In this document: in pieces, positions 29,401-38,764 of the stretch | How positions within the stretch are numbered: the stretch's first letter is position 1 | How the letters are laid out: the number at the start of each line of letters is the position of its first letter | Source: a virus | Lineage: Duplodnaviria > Caudoviricetes | Reading direction: 5' to 3' (one strand) | DNA: 64,000 nt | IMG/VR virus record: IMGVR_UViG_3300012979_000030 | Coordinates: 1-64,000 of that record | Notes under the pieces: model-generated | Told to the model about the DNA's origin: nothing | Database searches by the model: none | The model's input: only the letters and a program-made list of their open reading frames with translations | Translations under genes and position numbers: made by a program

Positions 29401-30801
29401 TACTTGAACTCTATTCCAACCTTCATCTTTATAATAAGGCAATTCAAATAAATCATAATCATATAATATGGCATTCACATCATTTGGTTCTAAATCCATT
29501 GTTAATTCTATTTTTTCTGGACCACCCCAAGTATGTGGTATATCCCAATAGTTTAATAATCCTTCGTTACCAATACCACCAAAGCAGTTTATAGAACCAC
29601 CAAGTTCATTATAATCCAACTCATATATTTCTGGTGCTGACCCACAATCGGTTCCATCAAATTGTTCTCTATAAAACATATTTGAGAAGTTTATTCCATT
29701 TATATCAGAAAGATATGTATAATCATCACCAAATATATTTGGATTAATTGTTAAATTTTTACAATTTTCAAAACATTTTGTGAAGTTTGTTATAGTTTTA
29801 TTTGTTGAAAATAATCCATTTGGTATTATTTTTAAATTATCACAATTATTAAACATACTTTCACAGTTTCTTAAAGTTGTTATTGATGTTAATAAACCAA
29901 ATGGAACTTCCTCTATACCATCACAATTATTGAACATATATGATACATTTATAATATTTGGTGTATATATTAATATATTTTCTGGTATTGTTAATAATGA
30001 ATTACAACCTTCAAAACAACCAGAAATATTTTTAATCTGATGATTATATTTAAAAATATCCTCAACAATAGATGATAAATTAGAACAACCACCAAACAAA
30101 TTTGGTAAATTTGTTTCCAATTCTCCATTAGTTCCAATCATCGGAACTAATGGACTTTTAATTTCCACAAGTTTTAAGTTATTATTGTTTATTGAACTAT
30201 AATTATCATTAAATGATAATGCAGGTATTTTATCACTTGATGATGTAATAGAAATATCATAAGAACCAGGATTACTATATATATGAGAACAATTTTCTTG
30301 TGTAAAGACACCATTTTCAATTGTTGTATTATTTCCATCACCCCAATCTATATTAATTGAATCATCTGATAATTCAGAATATGTTCCACTTGTAAATGGA
30401 ACAATAAATGTATTATCATTTGTATTAGAAACATTCTTTGTTGTATCAACCCTTAATACAAACTCAGCAGATAAATCCAATCCAATATCTAAATAATAAT
30501 CCTCTTTTCCTGCAACAAATTCAAACTCTTGTGTCAAATAATCATCATTTTCAACAGTAACATATACAGTGTTACCAATTGGAACTATCATTGTATTACC
30601 TTTTTGAATACAATTATCAGAAACAATTGAAATAGTTGCAGTTGATGGTGTTGCTTTGATTCTAATGAATGAGGTTAAGTATTTACCTTTAAGACAAAAA
30701 TGTTTAAACCCACCTGTTGATGAGTTCAACTTTTGTTTAAATGAAAACAATCTTGTTTGTCCATTGATTTTTCTTGCAAATACATAATCTCTTAAATTCA
30801 T
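26413..30801 (-). CDS. Large multidomain adhesin/fibre protein (PEGA, PKD-like, LRR, 4x LamG-like, Gly-rich)
   Basis: IDWGDG PKD-like motif; F..C..L..IP LRRs; four repeats from G..SGF...Y to YIKI.G..WW; GAGGGG Gly-rich domain. Confidence 0.7.
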   Translation of the reverse strand: MNLRDYVFARKINGQTRLFSFKQKLNSSTGGFKHFCLKGKYLTSFIRIKATPSTATISIVSDNCIQKGNTMIVPIGNTVYVTVENDDYLTQEFEFVAGKEDYYLDIGLDLSAEFVLRVDTTKNVSNTNDNTFIVPFTSGTYSELSDDSINIDWGDGNNTTIENGVFTQENCSHIYSNPGSYDISITSSSDKIPALSFNDNYSSINNNNLKLVEIKSPLVPMIGTNGELETNLPNLFGGCSNLSSIVEDIFKYNHQIKNISGCFEGCNSLLTIPENILIYTPNIINVSYMFNNCDGIEEVPFGLLTSITTLRNCESMFNNCDNLKIIPNGLFSTNKTITNFTKCFENCKNLTINPNIFGDDYTYLSDINGINFSNMFYREQFDGTDCGSAPEIYELDYNELGGSINCFGGIGNEGLLNYWDIPHTWGGPEKIELTMDLEPNDVNAILYDYDLFELPYYKDEGWNRVQVNTTPNDASVNVVHALNGYPDEYQQNVIFSRNPGVIYNGVASGFTSTEYLKLPQTIPNCSKIEFGGKFKCNATSGVRCIFELSKNNWTGFNIAIHDDLLRLWCSSSSSKITQLTKDKYYWFKCVCDTSGNKLYISTDGINYVEDVVQTTNEFSSYVDSIVYIGIRGYNKSEVFTDGHIDLNECYIKIDDSLWWDCHDLNSNVVSANNTKKEFSSGSYYINLSGGEYDVIVVGAGGGGSGCSKHSDGASGASGAAFVGKVNIPKGIYKITVGAGGTGTPRMDWSRGGTGGSSSIGDVIIAGGGTGGALDASGGTGGTLTLNTQPLSYTVKSNGNNGAGGYGWGQTSTVASPYGSYGYGGYGGACDWQGGGTGGNGYISISGLFELNSFTVEKIGFWNNDGIISGFTTSNYIKHASSIGTITSFEQVMKVTTTTDITTRQTICAGDAYLGLGSFMIIDGKIKLYASSDGTTNDIAGTDGTLSTLDVLPNTEYYVKYHWNGTDYKIDLSTNGIDYVNYISISKNISPKFNGVVGIGTDTGASNQYPWFGMIDISKSYIKINGQLWWNNKTNTYKYWDEKYIQNYSINGTMLSVENGIAKGFNETNYLLLPQLFTPGNSKWEIVLKFNISSFNTTSTWINLFGNGNTTDRTAGIHIFYNTSGSIRVEACTLGASSWNIMNVSGTTILTTNKDYWVKVQYTGTQYIVYISTDGITYNQEASVSSSEVIGASATQSLGISVSHPTLYHNGIIYLNESYIKIDDEIWWDGKQYNKVGYYDSNGILTGINATNYITLKNQFNPSTSPWEVGLKFNTGSDFSTSKYPFGCTNADNGVLFGWDVNGVARLWVSSDGSSWNVVNSSYTGNYAMSLNTEYYAKIIFDGKRYTTLLSKDGKTWRYGTRVDSTVAVRHCTFHLGAAWDRSSSHLPTNGYIDLNECYININGVRWWDCINKDTSNYAVNIKDKEFLTLQNSKVLINVSKNGYNDNTKYYTIADDTTLNISL

Positions 30802-30804
30802 TAT

Positions 30805-31938
30805 CTATTCCACATATGTTATTGTTAATTTATTATTATTTACAACATTTTGAACAAATGCTGTTGATGCAACACTTTGTGATGAATCCGATAAATCACT
30901 AACAGTAGGAACATTTGGACTTGAAGTAAATGTTTTTGTTCCATCAATTGTTTCATTACCACTTTTATGAACTATATTTGTTTCATCAATAGTAATATTA
31001 TCAATCAATCCATCAACTTCATCTTTTGTATATGTTGTTAGTTGGTCTGCTTTTGTTGCTATATTTGATGTATTTGATGCAATTTGTTCAAGTGTTGATG
31101 ATGTAACACCACTGTTAACGGCGGCAAGTTGTTCAGATGTTAAGGTTGCCTGCTTATTTCCCAATTCTGTGTTTATATCTGTAATATCTTTATTTAATTC
31201 AGTAATATCACCATTTATATTTGTTATACTATTATTAATTCCAGAAATATCACCATTTATACCCAAAATGCTTGCATTGATATTTGTTATACTATTTGTA
31301 TTTGATGTTATTTGTGATTGTAGTTGTGTTTCAGCCTCTGTTCTTGCTGATGTTTCTTCACTTAATTTTGTTAATACCCAACCTGCTGTTGCTATTTCAT
31401 TATCTTTTGCATCTGCTTTTGTGGTTGGTGCATATGCAATTATATCACCATTATCATAAAATCTTATTTCTAATGGAATTGGTGTAAAAACCCCATTATT
31501 ACTTGCTATTTCTAATTTAGCAGAATTATACAATTTTGTATCATCTATACCTCTTACAAATCCCAAAACACCAACAGAAATATCATTTTTATCTGTAATG
31601 TCAATTTTTCCAAAATATGGATTATCTGATACTGTGTCATTAATTCCAGTGGATGTACTATTTAATGCAACAACACCAACACCATTATCTGTTCCTCTAA
31701 ATGTTTTTAATCCAGTAATTGATTCATTACCTGCTTTATGTACAACCATATTTTCAATTGGTAATGTATTAACAACTTCTCTCAATTTTTTTGGTGTTAT
31801 ATATGTATAATCATCAATTCCTTGACTAACCATTTCTGATGTTGCTATTTTTGATACACCATCTGTTGTTTCAGTTGCTTTTAAATTGTTTTGTAAATCA
31901 ACCCAATTGTTTCCACTATTATACTTAATTTTTGGCAT
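30805..31938 (-). CDS. Tail fibre protein with coiled-coil segment
   Basis: Two VHK.GNE.I.G.KTF repeats; heptad ITNINASILGINGDISGINNSITNINGDI. Confidence 0.7.
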   Translation of the reverse strand: MPKIKYNSGNNWVDLQNNLKATETTDGVSKIATSEMVSQGIDDYTYITPKKLREVVNTLPIENMVVHKAGNESITGLKTFRGTDNGVGVVALNSTSTGINDTVSDNPYFGKIDITDKNDISVGVLGFVRGIDDTKLYNSAKLEIASNNGVFTPIPLEIRFYDNGDIIAYAPTTKADAKDNEIATAGWVLTKLSEETSARTEAETQLQSQITSNTNSITNINASILGINGDISGINNSITNINGDITELNKDITDINTELGNKQATLTSEQLAAVNSGVTSSTLEQIASNTSNIATKADQLTTYTKDEVDGLIDNITIDETNIVHKSGNETIDGTKTFTSSPNVPTVSDLSDSSQSVASTAFVQNVVNNNKLTITYVE

Positions 31939-31941
31939 ATG

Positions 31942-32283
31942 TTAACCACCCACTTTTTCTAAAATTCTTATTTCATTTCTAATTTCTTCACAACGTTCTA
32001 TTTCATCTTTATAATCATCAATTGTTGCACAACCTGTTGCTATTTTAACACCAATATAATCATAACTTTTTAATTCTTTTTTCAATTCAAATATTCTTTT
32101 TTCATTATTTGGTGTGTAACCACTTAATGGTGCATAACCTTTTATATACCAATTACCATTATAAGATTGTTCAACATCTAATAATTGCATACCTCTTTTT
32201 TTATAAAGTTCTACATTATTACCTAATCCAACTTTACATTTTTTTGTTCTTGTATTTGTTATTATTGCCCACATCTTACTCAT
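31942..32283 (-). CDS. Putative tail fibre assembly protein
   Basis: DVEQSYNGNWYIKGYAP...I.ELK..L...DY...K...R.EIR.LE pattern; flanked by fibre genes. Confidence 0.5.
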   Translation of the reverse strand: MSKMWAIITNTRTKKCKVGLGNNVELYKKRGMQLLDVEQSYNGNWYIKGYAPLSGYTPNNEKRIFELKKELKSYDYIGVKIATGCATIDDYKDEIERCEEIRNEIRILEKVGG

Positions 32284-32875
32284 CTACTTCTCCTTTAAAT
32301 GGATAGAATGATAATTGAACTGTTCCAGAACTTCTTTCATCAATATACACACTATCATTTTTTCCAATCATTATTGTTGTTGTATATGATTGATTTTCAC
32401 CTGCCCACAATTCTAATATAATCACAGGTGATGACTCTGATGGTTTAAATCTAATAATACCACCATTACTTACACGAACATAAATAAAACCATTCATTGG
32501 TGCAACAAATGTTTGTCCTGTTATTTCATCAATTGTTTCACCTGAATTATAATCAGGAACAATCAATGATGAAATTTTTGTTTTTGCAACACTTGTAATA
32601 TTACTTAAATCTGTATCAGCTGGTGAAATTGCAGCCATATCACCATCTGGATTTATCCATATTTTTGATTTTTCTACACTTGGTTCTTCATTACTAATAA
32701 TTACAGCATTTCTACCAACATCTGCATATGTTCTACTTGATACAGAAAAGTCTGTATCATTTAAGTCTTCTTTAACCACATAGATTTCATTTAAATTTTT
32801 TGTTGTTAAAGAATCATATTGCTCTTTTGATAACACATTTATTTGTAAATTTGTTGTATTCTCAGTATTTGCCAT
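32276..32875 (-). CDS. Tail fibre-associated protein
   Basis: ADTDLSNI, PDY.SG, TFVAPMNGFI; N-terminus similar to that of 25070-25975. Confidence 0.55.
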   Translation of the reverse strand: MANTENTTNLQINVLSKEQYDSLTTKNLNEIYVVKEDLNDTDFSVSSRTYADVGRNAVIISNEEPSVEKSKIWINPDGDMAAISPADTDLSNITSVAKTKISSLIVPDYNSGETIDEITGQTFVAPMNGFIYVRVSNGGIIRFKPSESSPVIILELWAGENQSYTTTIMIGKNDSVYIDERSSGTVQLSFYPFKGEVDE

Positions 32876-32887
32876 TTATAATCTCTC

Positions 32888-33247
32888 TTATTCTGTTTCT
32901 TTTAATAATTCCAATAAATGACCAAGCATAATAGGTTCATTATATGATTCTTGTGGTATTTTATTAAATGATATGCTATTTTTGTCATTCAAAACATAAA
33001 TCATACCATTTTCACCAACAATAGTATTATCACCTACAACTCTCTTAATAATTGTTTTTACTTTCAAATCACAATTATCATATATATTGTTACCTATTTG
33101 TGGATATTGTGTTGTATAAACAATTTCATCATTATTAATTGTATTTTTCCATGATTTTGAACTATTTAATTTATTATACAAATCTGTATATATTACATTC
33201 AATCTATCATTGTTGATTTTTAATGTGGTACCTAATCTTATTGGCAT
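32888..33247 (-). CDS. Hypothetical protein
   Basis: 119-aa ORF with GGAG RBS; first gene of the minus-strand fibre operon. Confidence 0.55.
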   Translation of the reverse strand: MPIRLGTTLKINNDRLNVIYTDLYNKLNSSKSWKNTINNDEIVYTTQYPQIGNNIYDNCDLKVKTIIKRVVGDNTIVGENGMIYVLNDKNSISFNKIPQESYNEPIMLGHLLELLKETE

Positions 33248-33268
33248 TTATTTCTCCATATATAGAAT

Positions 33269-33276
33269 TATTTATA
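33269..33276 (-). promoter_or_regulatory. T4-type late-promoter-like TATAAATA
   Basis: Exact TATAAATA ~21 nt upstream of 33247; ATAAATA also precedes 12606, 17928, 25975, 33326, 40894, 50710 and 63315; AT-rich background weakens significance. Confidence 0.4.
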
Positions 33277-33325
33277 CAATTATTTACCACTCAAAAGAAC
33301 ATAAATAAAAATATAATGTAGGAGA

Positions 33326-33577
33326 ATGTATATGGAGAAATCTATTGTTGTTCCGAATGGAACTACTGTCCGATGGAGAGTATATTGTGATGGATATGAA
33401 GAAGAATCCGGTATTGAAACAATTACCGGAAATAAAAGACTTTTAGTTGATTTAGAGTTAATTCCGGTTGAAGTAGATATTATTGATTATGAATTTACAA
33501 ATGAAGATAATATTGTAACATTAACAAAATATATAGGTTCCGAAACAAACGTGATTATGCCTGTTTTAATGGGGTGA
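33326..33577 (+). CDS. Small adaptor: C-terminal half of PEGA-like domain plus LRR N-cap motif
   Basis: SIVVPNGTTVRWRVYCDGY...LVDL, then DYEFTNEDNIVTLTKYIGSETNVIMP; start may be 33332. Confidence 0.6.
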   Translation: MYMEKSIVVPNGTTVRWRVYCDGYEEESGIETITGNKRLLVDLELIPVEVDIIDYEFTNEDNIVTLTKYIGSETNVIMPVLMG

Positions 33578-33580
33578 TAA

Positions 33581-34780
33581 ATGGCAATAACATTAGCAAA
33601 AGAAATACTTGCATCTCCAACTACTTTTAGAAACAATTCAAATATAGTTTCTGTTGATACAATGAATATTCCATGGGAAAATGACTCTATGGAATATAGT
33701 TTCAGCAATTGTTATAACCTTAAAGAGGTTCATAACATTTCAAATGATGTTATAAATTTAAGTTACACTTTTTATAATTGTTCAAATTTAACAAAATGCC
33801 CGGAAATTCCATCAAATGTATCAAATATGAGTTATACATTTTGTGGTTGTAACAATTTGAATGTTGCACCAACAATACCAAATAGTGTAACAAACATTGT
33901 TGGTTGTTTTGCAGATTGCCATTCATTAACATATACACCAACAATTCCAGAAAATATAACCAATTTGCAATCTACATTTTATAATTGTTCTAATTTAACA
34001 TCATTTCCAACAATACCAAATAGTGTATCAGATATGACACAAACCTATGCACTTTGTAAAAATATTAATGGTGTTATCACATATCCAACAAATATTGAGT
34101 GCTTAAGAGGAACATATGCATATTGTGATAATATAACATCTATTCCAAACATACCAGCATCAGTAACAGATTTATATGGAACATTTGAGGGATGTATTAA
34201 TGTTAGTGGAGATATTTACATACTTTCTGACAAAGTTTTAGATTGTAAAAATATATTTAATGGAACTTCTCAAATAAAAAATATATACATTCCATTTAAT
34301 TTTACAAATGATTATGCTGAAACTCTATATTGTTATAGTTCTGATTATGGTTATGATTCAATTTATATAAAATGTTTCAAAAATTCAGCACAAGTTTATT
34401 ACCAAAACGGTTCTATAAATGATAACATCAAGAATATTCAATTCAATGAATCAAAAACAGAAATCATTGTTGAATCATATTCAAATACATCAACATATTC
34501 AATAGATACATCAAATAATATATTAATAAATCACACAAATGGTTCACAATCATTGACATTAAAGTCTTTTATTGATGCAGGATATGATGGATATGGAACA
34601 TATGATGGTGTATACATTAAAGACATTTTAACATCTCAACTTCCACAAATACCTGAAGATGTCGTAGATATAAATTTAAGTGAATATGAAACAAGAACAT
34701 CAAATTATAAAACAGAGTTAATAAAATATATTGGAACCAATACAAGTGTTGTTGTTCCATCAACTGGGTTTGAGGGGTAA
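33581..34780 (+). CDS. Leucine-rich-repeat (BspA/DUF285-like, 23-aa) protein 1
   Basis: Repeats P.IP.SV..M..TF..C..L; C-terminal KYIGTNTSVVVP cap motif. Confidence 0.8.
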   Translation: MAITLAKEILASPTTFRNNSNIVSVDTMNIPWENDSMEYSFSNCYNLKEVHNISNDVINLSYTFYNCSNLTKCPEIPSNVSNMSYTFCGCNNLNVAPTIPNSVTNIVGCFADCHSLTYTPTIPENITNLQSTFYNCSNLTSFPTIPNSVSDMTQTYALCKNINGVITYPTNIECLRGTYAYCDNITSIPNIPASVTDLYGTFEGCINVSGDIYILSDKVLDCKNIFNGTSQIKNIYIPFNFTNDYAETLYCYSSDYGYDSIYIKCFKNSAQVYYQNGSINDNIKNIQFNESKTEIIVESYSNTSTYSIDTSNNILINHTNGSQSLTLKSFIDAGYDGYGTYDGVYIKDILTSQLPQIPEDVVDINLSEYETRTSNYKTELIKYIGTNTSVVVPSTGFEG

Positions 34781-34782
34781 CA

Positions 34783-35832
34783 ATGAAGACAAGACAAACA
34801 TTTTTAACATCAACAACATTTCAAAATAATCAATTAATTGAACATATTGATTGTAATAATGTAGTATGGAAAGGAAATTCAATATCATATGCATTTGCTG
34901 AATGTTCAAATTTAAAATCAATATCCAATATTAACAATAATGTATCTATTGTAAGTTATGCATATAAAAACTGTTCAAATTTATCAACACCACCAACATT
35001 ACCAAATAGTGTAACAAATATTGAGGGTGTTTATCAAGGATGTTCATCATTAACTGATATTCCTCATATTCCAGACAGTGTAACAAATATGTCATATACA
35101 TTTGCTGAATGCACAAACATCAAAAAATTATCAACATTACCAAACAGTGTATCAAATATGTCATATACATTTAGAAATTGCTTAAATTTATCATCTGTTT
35201 CATATACGTTTGATAATGTTTATAATATGGAAGGAACATTCCAAAACTGTATTAGATTGAATGGTGATATTCAAATAATATCTGAAAAAATTGGAAATGC
35301 AAATCTTTGTTTTGATAATTCTGGAACTTCCACAAAAAATGTTTATATTCCATTCAATTCAACCAAAAGACATTTATATTGTTATAGTAGAAATATAGAA
35401 GATTATGGATTTGAAAAATATTATATAGATGTTTATCCAATAAATCTATATGGGACTCAATTACCAGCATATGATGACAATGGAATCAATACTGGATATA
35501 CATTTTGGTTTACATCTAAAGATATTAATAGACCATTATTAGGTAAACCAAGTTCTGATGGAATTGGAACAACATATTCTGGTATTACTAGGGATATTAA
35601 GAATGATACATATGTCAATTTAGATGAACCAATTCCAACTATTACATATAATTCATTTATAAATGCTGGTTATAAAACTGATGGGTCATTGGATAATGTT
35701 TATTTGAAAGATTTTACTGAATTAGTTGCACAAGGTTACACCATAACAAATACTGAATCAACAGTATATCTAAATACATATATTGGAATAGAAACAAATA
35801 TTATAACACCAAAGTATTCTTGGGTTCAATAG
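34783..35832 (+). CDS. LRR protein 2
   Basis: Same repeats; C-terminal TYIGIETNIITP. Confidence 0.8.
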   Translation: MKTRQTFLTSTTFQNNQLIEHIDCNNVVWKGNSISYAFAECSNLKSISNINNNVSIVSYAYKNCSNLSTPPTLPNSVTNIEGVYQGCSSLTDIPHIPDSVTNMSYTFAECTNIKKLSTLPNSVSNMSYTFRNCLNLSSVSYTFDNVYNMEGTFQNCIRLNGDIQIISEKIGNANLCFDNSGTSTKNVYIPFNSTKRHLYCYSRNIEDYGFEKYYIDVYPINLYGTQLPAYDDNGINTGYTFWFTSKDINRPLLGKPSSDGIGTTYSGITRDIKNDTYVNLDEPIPTITYNSFINAGYKTDGSLDNVYLKDFTELVAQGYTITNTESTVYLNTYIGIETNIITPKYSWVQ

Positions 35833-35840
35833 GAGAAATT

Positions 35841-37049
35841 ATGAGTGGATTATTACCAACAACACTAGTCAATACAACATATGCAAATAATAGAAACATT
35901 GTTTCTGTTGATTTAAATGAAGTTCCATTTTATAATAACTCAATGGCTGGTGCATTTAGTGGTTGTTCTAATCTAATATCTGTATCAAGTATCAATGAAA
36001 ATGTATCAAATATGTATCAAACATTTAATGGTTGTTCTAAATTAGTTAATGCACCAGATATTCCTAATGGTGTAACTGATATGAATGGGACATTTAGGTA
36101 TTGTTCTAAATTAGTTAATGCACCAGTTATCCCTAATAATGTTGTTAATATGAGTAGTACATTTAGTGGTTGTCAGAATCTAGTCAATGCACCTGTTATT
36201 CCTAATAGTGTAACTGATATGTATACTACATTTGGTTCATGTAGCAACCTAGTTAATGCACCAGATATTCCTAATAGTGTAACTAATATGCATCAAACAT
36301 TTTATTATTGTTATAATCTAGTTAATGCACCGGTTATCCCTAATAGTGTTGCTAAACTGTATCAAACATTTTATTACTGTAATAATCTAGTTAATGCACC
36401 TATTATCCCCAATAGTGTAACCAATATGTATAGAACATTTAGTGGTTGTCAGAATCTAGTCAATGCACCTGTTATTCCTAATAGTGTAACTGATATGAGT
36501 GGGACATTTAATGGTTGTTCTAATTTAGTCAATGCACCAAATATCCCTAATAGTGTTAAAGACATTAGTTATACATTTTCCAATTGTTCTAATCTAGTAA
36601 ATGCACCTGTAATTCCTAATAGTGTAACTAATATGAGATATACATTTAGTGGTTGTTCTAATCTAACAAGTAATATATACATACAATCAAAAAACATAAG
36701 AAATGCATATCATTGTTTTTATAATACATCACTAACAAAAAATGTATATATTCCATTTAAATATGAAAATGGTGAATATACAAAGACATATAATGCATTT
36801 GAAAATGCAGGATATACAGAAGAAACAATTGTTAATGGTGTTAAACTATTTGATAGTAATTATAACTACTATACTTTAACATTAAGAGTAATACCATCTG
36901 ATGCTGATGTTTTATCAGTAGATCCAAATATTAATGGATATATTGTTGATGTTACTGATTATGAATATCAATTAACAGATGGTGGTTCATCAGTAATATT
37001 AGGTAAATACATTGGTAATGATGTTGAGGAAATTATGCCAAATATTTAA
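35841..37049 (+). CDS. LRR protein 3
   Basis: LVNAPVIPNSVTNM..TF..C.N repeats; ATG at 35841 after AGGAGA; C-terminal KYIGNDVEEIMP. Confidence 0.85.
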   Translation: MSGLLPTTLVNTTYANNRNIVSVDLNEVPFYNNSMAGAFSGCSNLISVSSINENVSNMYQTFNGCSKLVNAPDIPNGVTDMNGTFRYCSKLVNAPVIPNNVVNMSSTFSGCQNLVNAPVIPNSVTDMYTTFGSCSNLVNAPDIPNSVTNMHQTFYYCYNLVNAPVIPNSVAKLYQTFYYCNNLVNAPIIPNSVTNMYRTFSGCQNLVNAPVIPNSVTDMSGTFNGCSNLVNAPNIPNSVKDISYTFSNCSNLVNAPVIPNSVTNMRYTFSGCSNLTSNIYIQSKNIRNAYHCFYNTSLTKNVYIPFKYENGEYTKTYNAFENAGYTEETIVNGVKLFDSNYNYYTLTLRVIPSDADVLSVDPNINGYIVDVTDYEYQLTDGGSSVILGKYIGNDVEEIMPNI

Positions 37050-37060
37050 AGGGACAAAAA

Positions 37061-38755
37061 ATGACAAAGGTTTATGTATCAAATGTTTATGCCAATAGTC
37101 AATTAACATTTATAAACAACAAAAATATCATTTCTATTGATTGTAATTATGTATCTTGGGTCAATAATACAATGTCTAATGCATTTAGAAATTGTTCTAA
37201 TCTAGTTTCTGTATCAAACATCAATGAAAATGTAACTGATATGAGGAATACATTTAGTAATTGTTGTAGTCTAGTTAATGCACCAGAAATTCCTAATAGT
37301 GTAATTGATATGTGGGAGACATTTAATAATTGTTATAATCTAATAAATGCACCAGTAATTCCTAATAGTGTAATTAGGATGGTTAATACATTTAATAATT
37401 GTTGTAGTCTAGTTAATGCACCTGTTATCCATAATGGTGTAACTGATATGAATGGGACATTTAGGTATTGTCGTAATCTAGTTAATGCGCCAGTAATTCC
37501 TAATAGTGTAACTAATATGAGTGATACATTTTATAATTGTTCTAATCTAATAAATGCACCAGAAATTCCTAATAGTGTAACTGATATGAGTGGAACATTT
37601 GGTTATTGTTCTAATCTAATAAATGCACCAGAAATTCCTAATAGTGTAATTAGTATGGAAGGGACATTTGCTGGTTGTAATCTAGTCAATTTTCCTGTTA
37701 TTCCTAATAGTGTAATTGATATGAGTACTACATTTGCTAGTTGTAATAATCTAGTCAATTCACCTATTATTCCTAATAGTGTAACTAGAATGTTTCGAAC
37801 ATTTTACGATTGTCCTAATCTAGTTGATGCACCTATTATACCTAATAGTGTTATTAATATGGAAAGAACATTTGATAATTGTACCAATCTAGTTGATGCA
37901 CCTATTATTCCAAATAGTGTTGTTAATATGAGTGGAACATTTTTTTATTGTCCTAATCTAGTCAATTTTCCTGTTATTCCTAATGGTGTAACTGATATGA
38001 GTTCTACATTTTATCATTGTGAAAAACTGCTTAATTCACCTGTTATCCCTAATAGTGTTACTAATATGTATGGGACATTTCAAAATTGTTTTAATCTAGT
38101 CAATGCACCAGTTATTCCTAATGGTGTAACTGATATGTGGAGGACATTTGATAATTGTCGTAATATAGTCAATGCACCTATTATACCTAATAGTGTAACT
38201 AAGATGGTTAATACATTTAATAATTGTTCTAATCTAACAGGTAATATATACATTCAATCAGTAAACATAAGTAATGCAATGGGTTGTTTTTATAATACAT
38301 CACTAACAAAAAATATATATATTCCATATACATGCACAATAGCATATTATAAAACTTTTAATAGTGGTGATACATATTACTTTGTAAAAAATTATAATAT
38401 TGGTGAACCAATTTATTATTATGATAATGGTCAATATACAGGACAAACAATAAAAAGTATTTTTGAGGCAGTTGGATTCTTCTATGACCAAAATTACAAA
38501 TACTATTATGATAATTCATCCGTTTCTGTTTCAGAAGAAGTTGAACCATATACAACACAAACATATAATTCATTTATTAATGCTGGTTATGATGAAAACG
38601 GAACAAAACATAATGTTTATTTAAAAGATTATAAAACATTATTTGATGTTAATTTAACAGATTACACACATACAATTGAAAATAATGTTGCAACAGTAAC
38701 AGCATATATAGGACAAGGTGGTGATATTACATTACCATCAACACTAAACAAATAG
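37061..38755 (+). CDS. LRR protein 4 (longest repeat tract)
   Basis: About 15 23-aa repeats; C-terminal AYIGQGGDITLP. Confidence 0.85.
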   Translation: MTKVYVSNVYANSQLTFINNKNIISIDCNYVSWVNNTMSNAFRNCSNLVSVSNINENVTDMRNTFSNCCSLVNAPEIPNSVIDMWETFNNCYNLINAPVIPNSVIRMVNTFNNCCSLVNAPVIHNGVTDMNGTFRYCRNLVNAPVIPNSVTNMSDTFYNCSNLINAPEIPNSVTDMSGTFGYCSNLINAPEIPNSVISMEGTFAGCNLVNFPVIPNSVIDMSTTFASCNNLVNSPIIPNSVTRMFRTFYDCPNLVDAPIIPNSVINMERTFDNCTNLVDAPIIPNSVVNMSGTFFYCPNLVNFPVIPNGVTDMSSTFYHCEKLLNSPVIPNSVTNMYGTFQNCFNLVNAPVIPNGVTDMWRTFDNCRNIVNAPIIPNSVTKMVNTFNNCSNLTGNIYIQSVNISNAMGCFYNTSLTKNIYIPYTCTIAYYKTFNSGDTYYFVKNYNIGEPIYYYDNGQYTGQTIKSIFEAVGFFYDQNYKYYYDNSSVSVSEEVEPYTTQTYNSFINAGYDENGTKHNVYLKDYKTLFDVNLTDYTHTIENNVATVTAYIGQGGDITLPSTLNK

Positions 38756-38764
38756 GAGAACTTT

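Noticed and set aside
33572-33583. Stop-codon readthrough or selenocysteine fusing the LRR genes (in-frame TGA TAA ATG)
   Set aside because: Double stop at this junction; the other four junctions are out of frame and mostly have their own RBS
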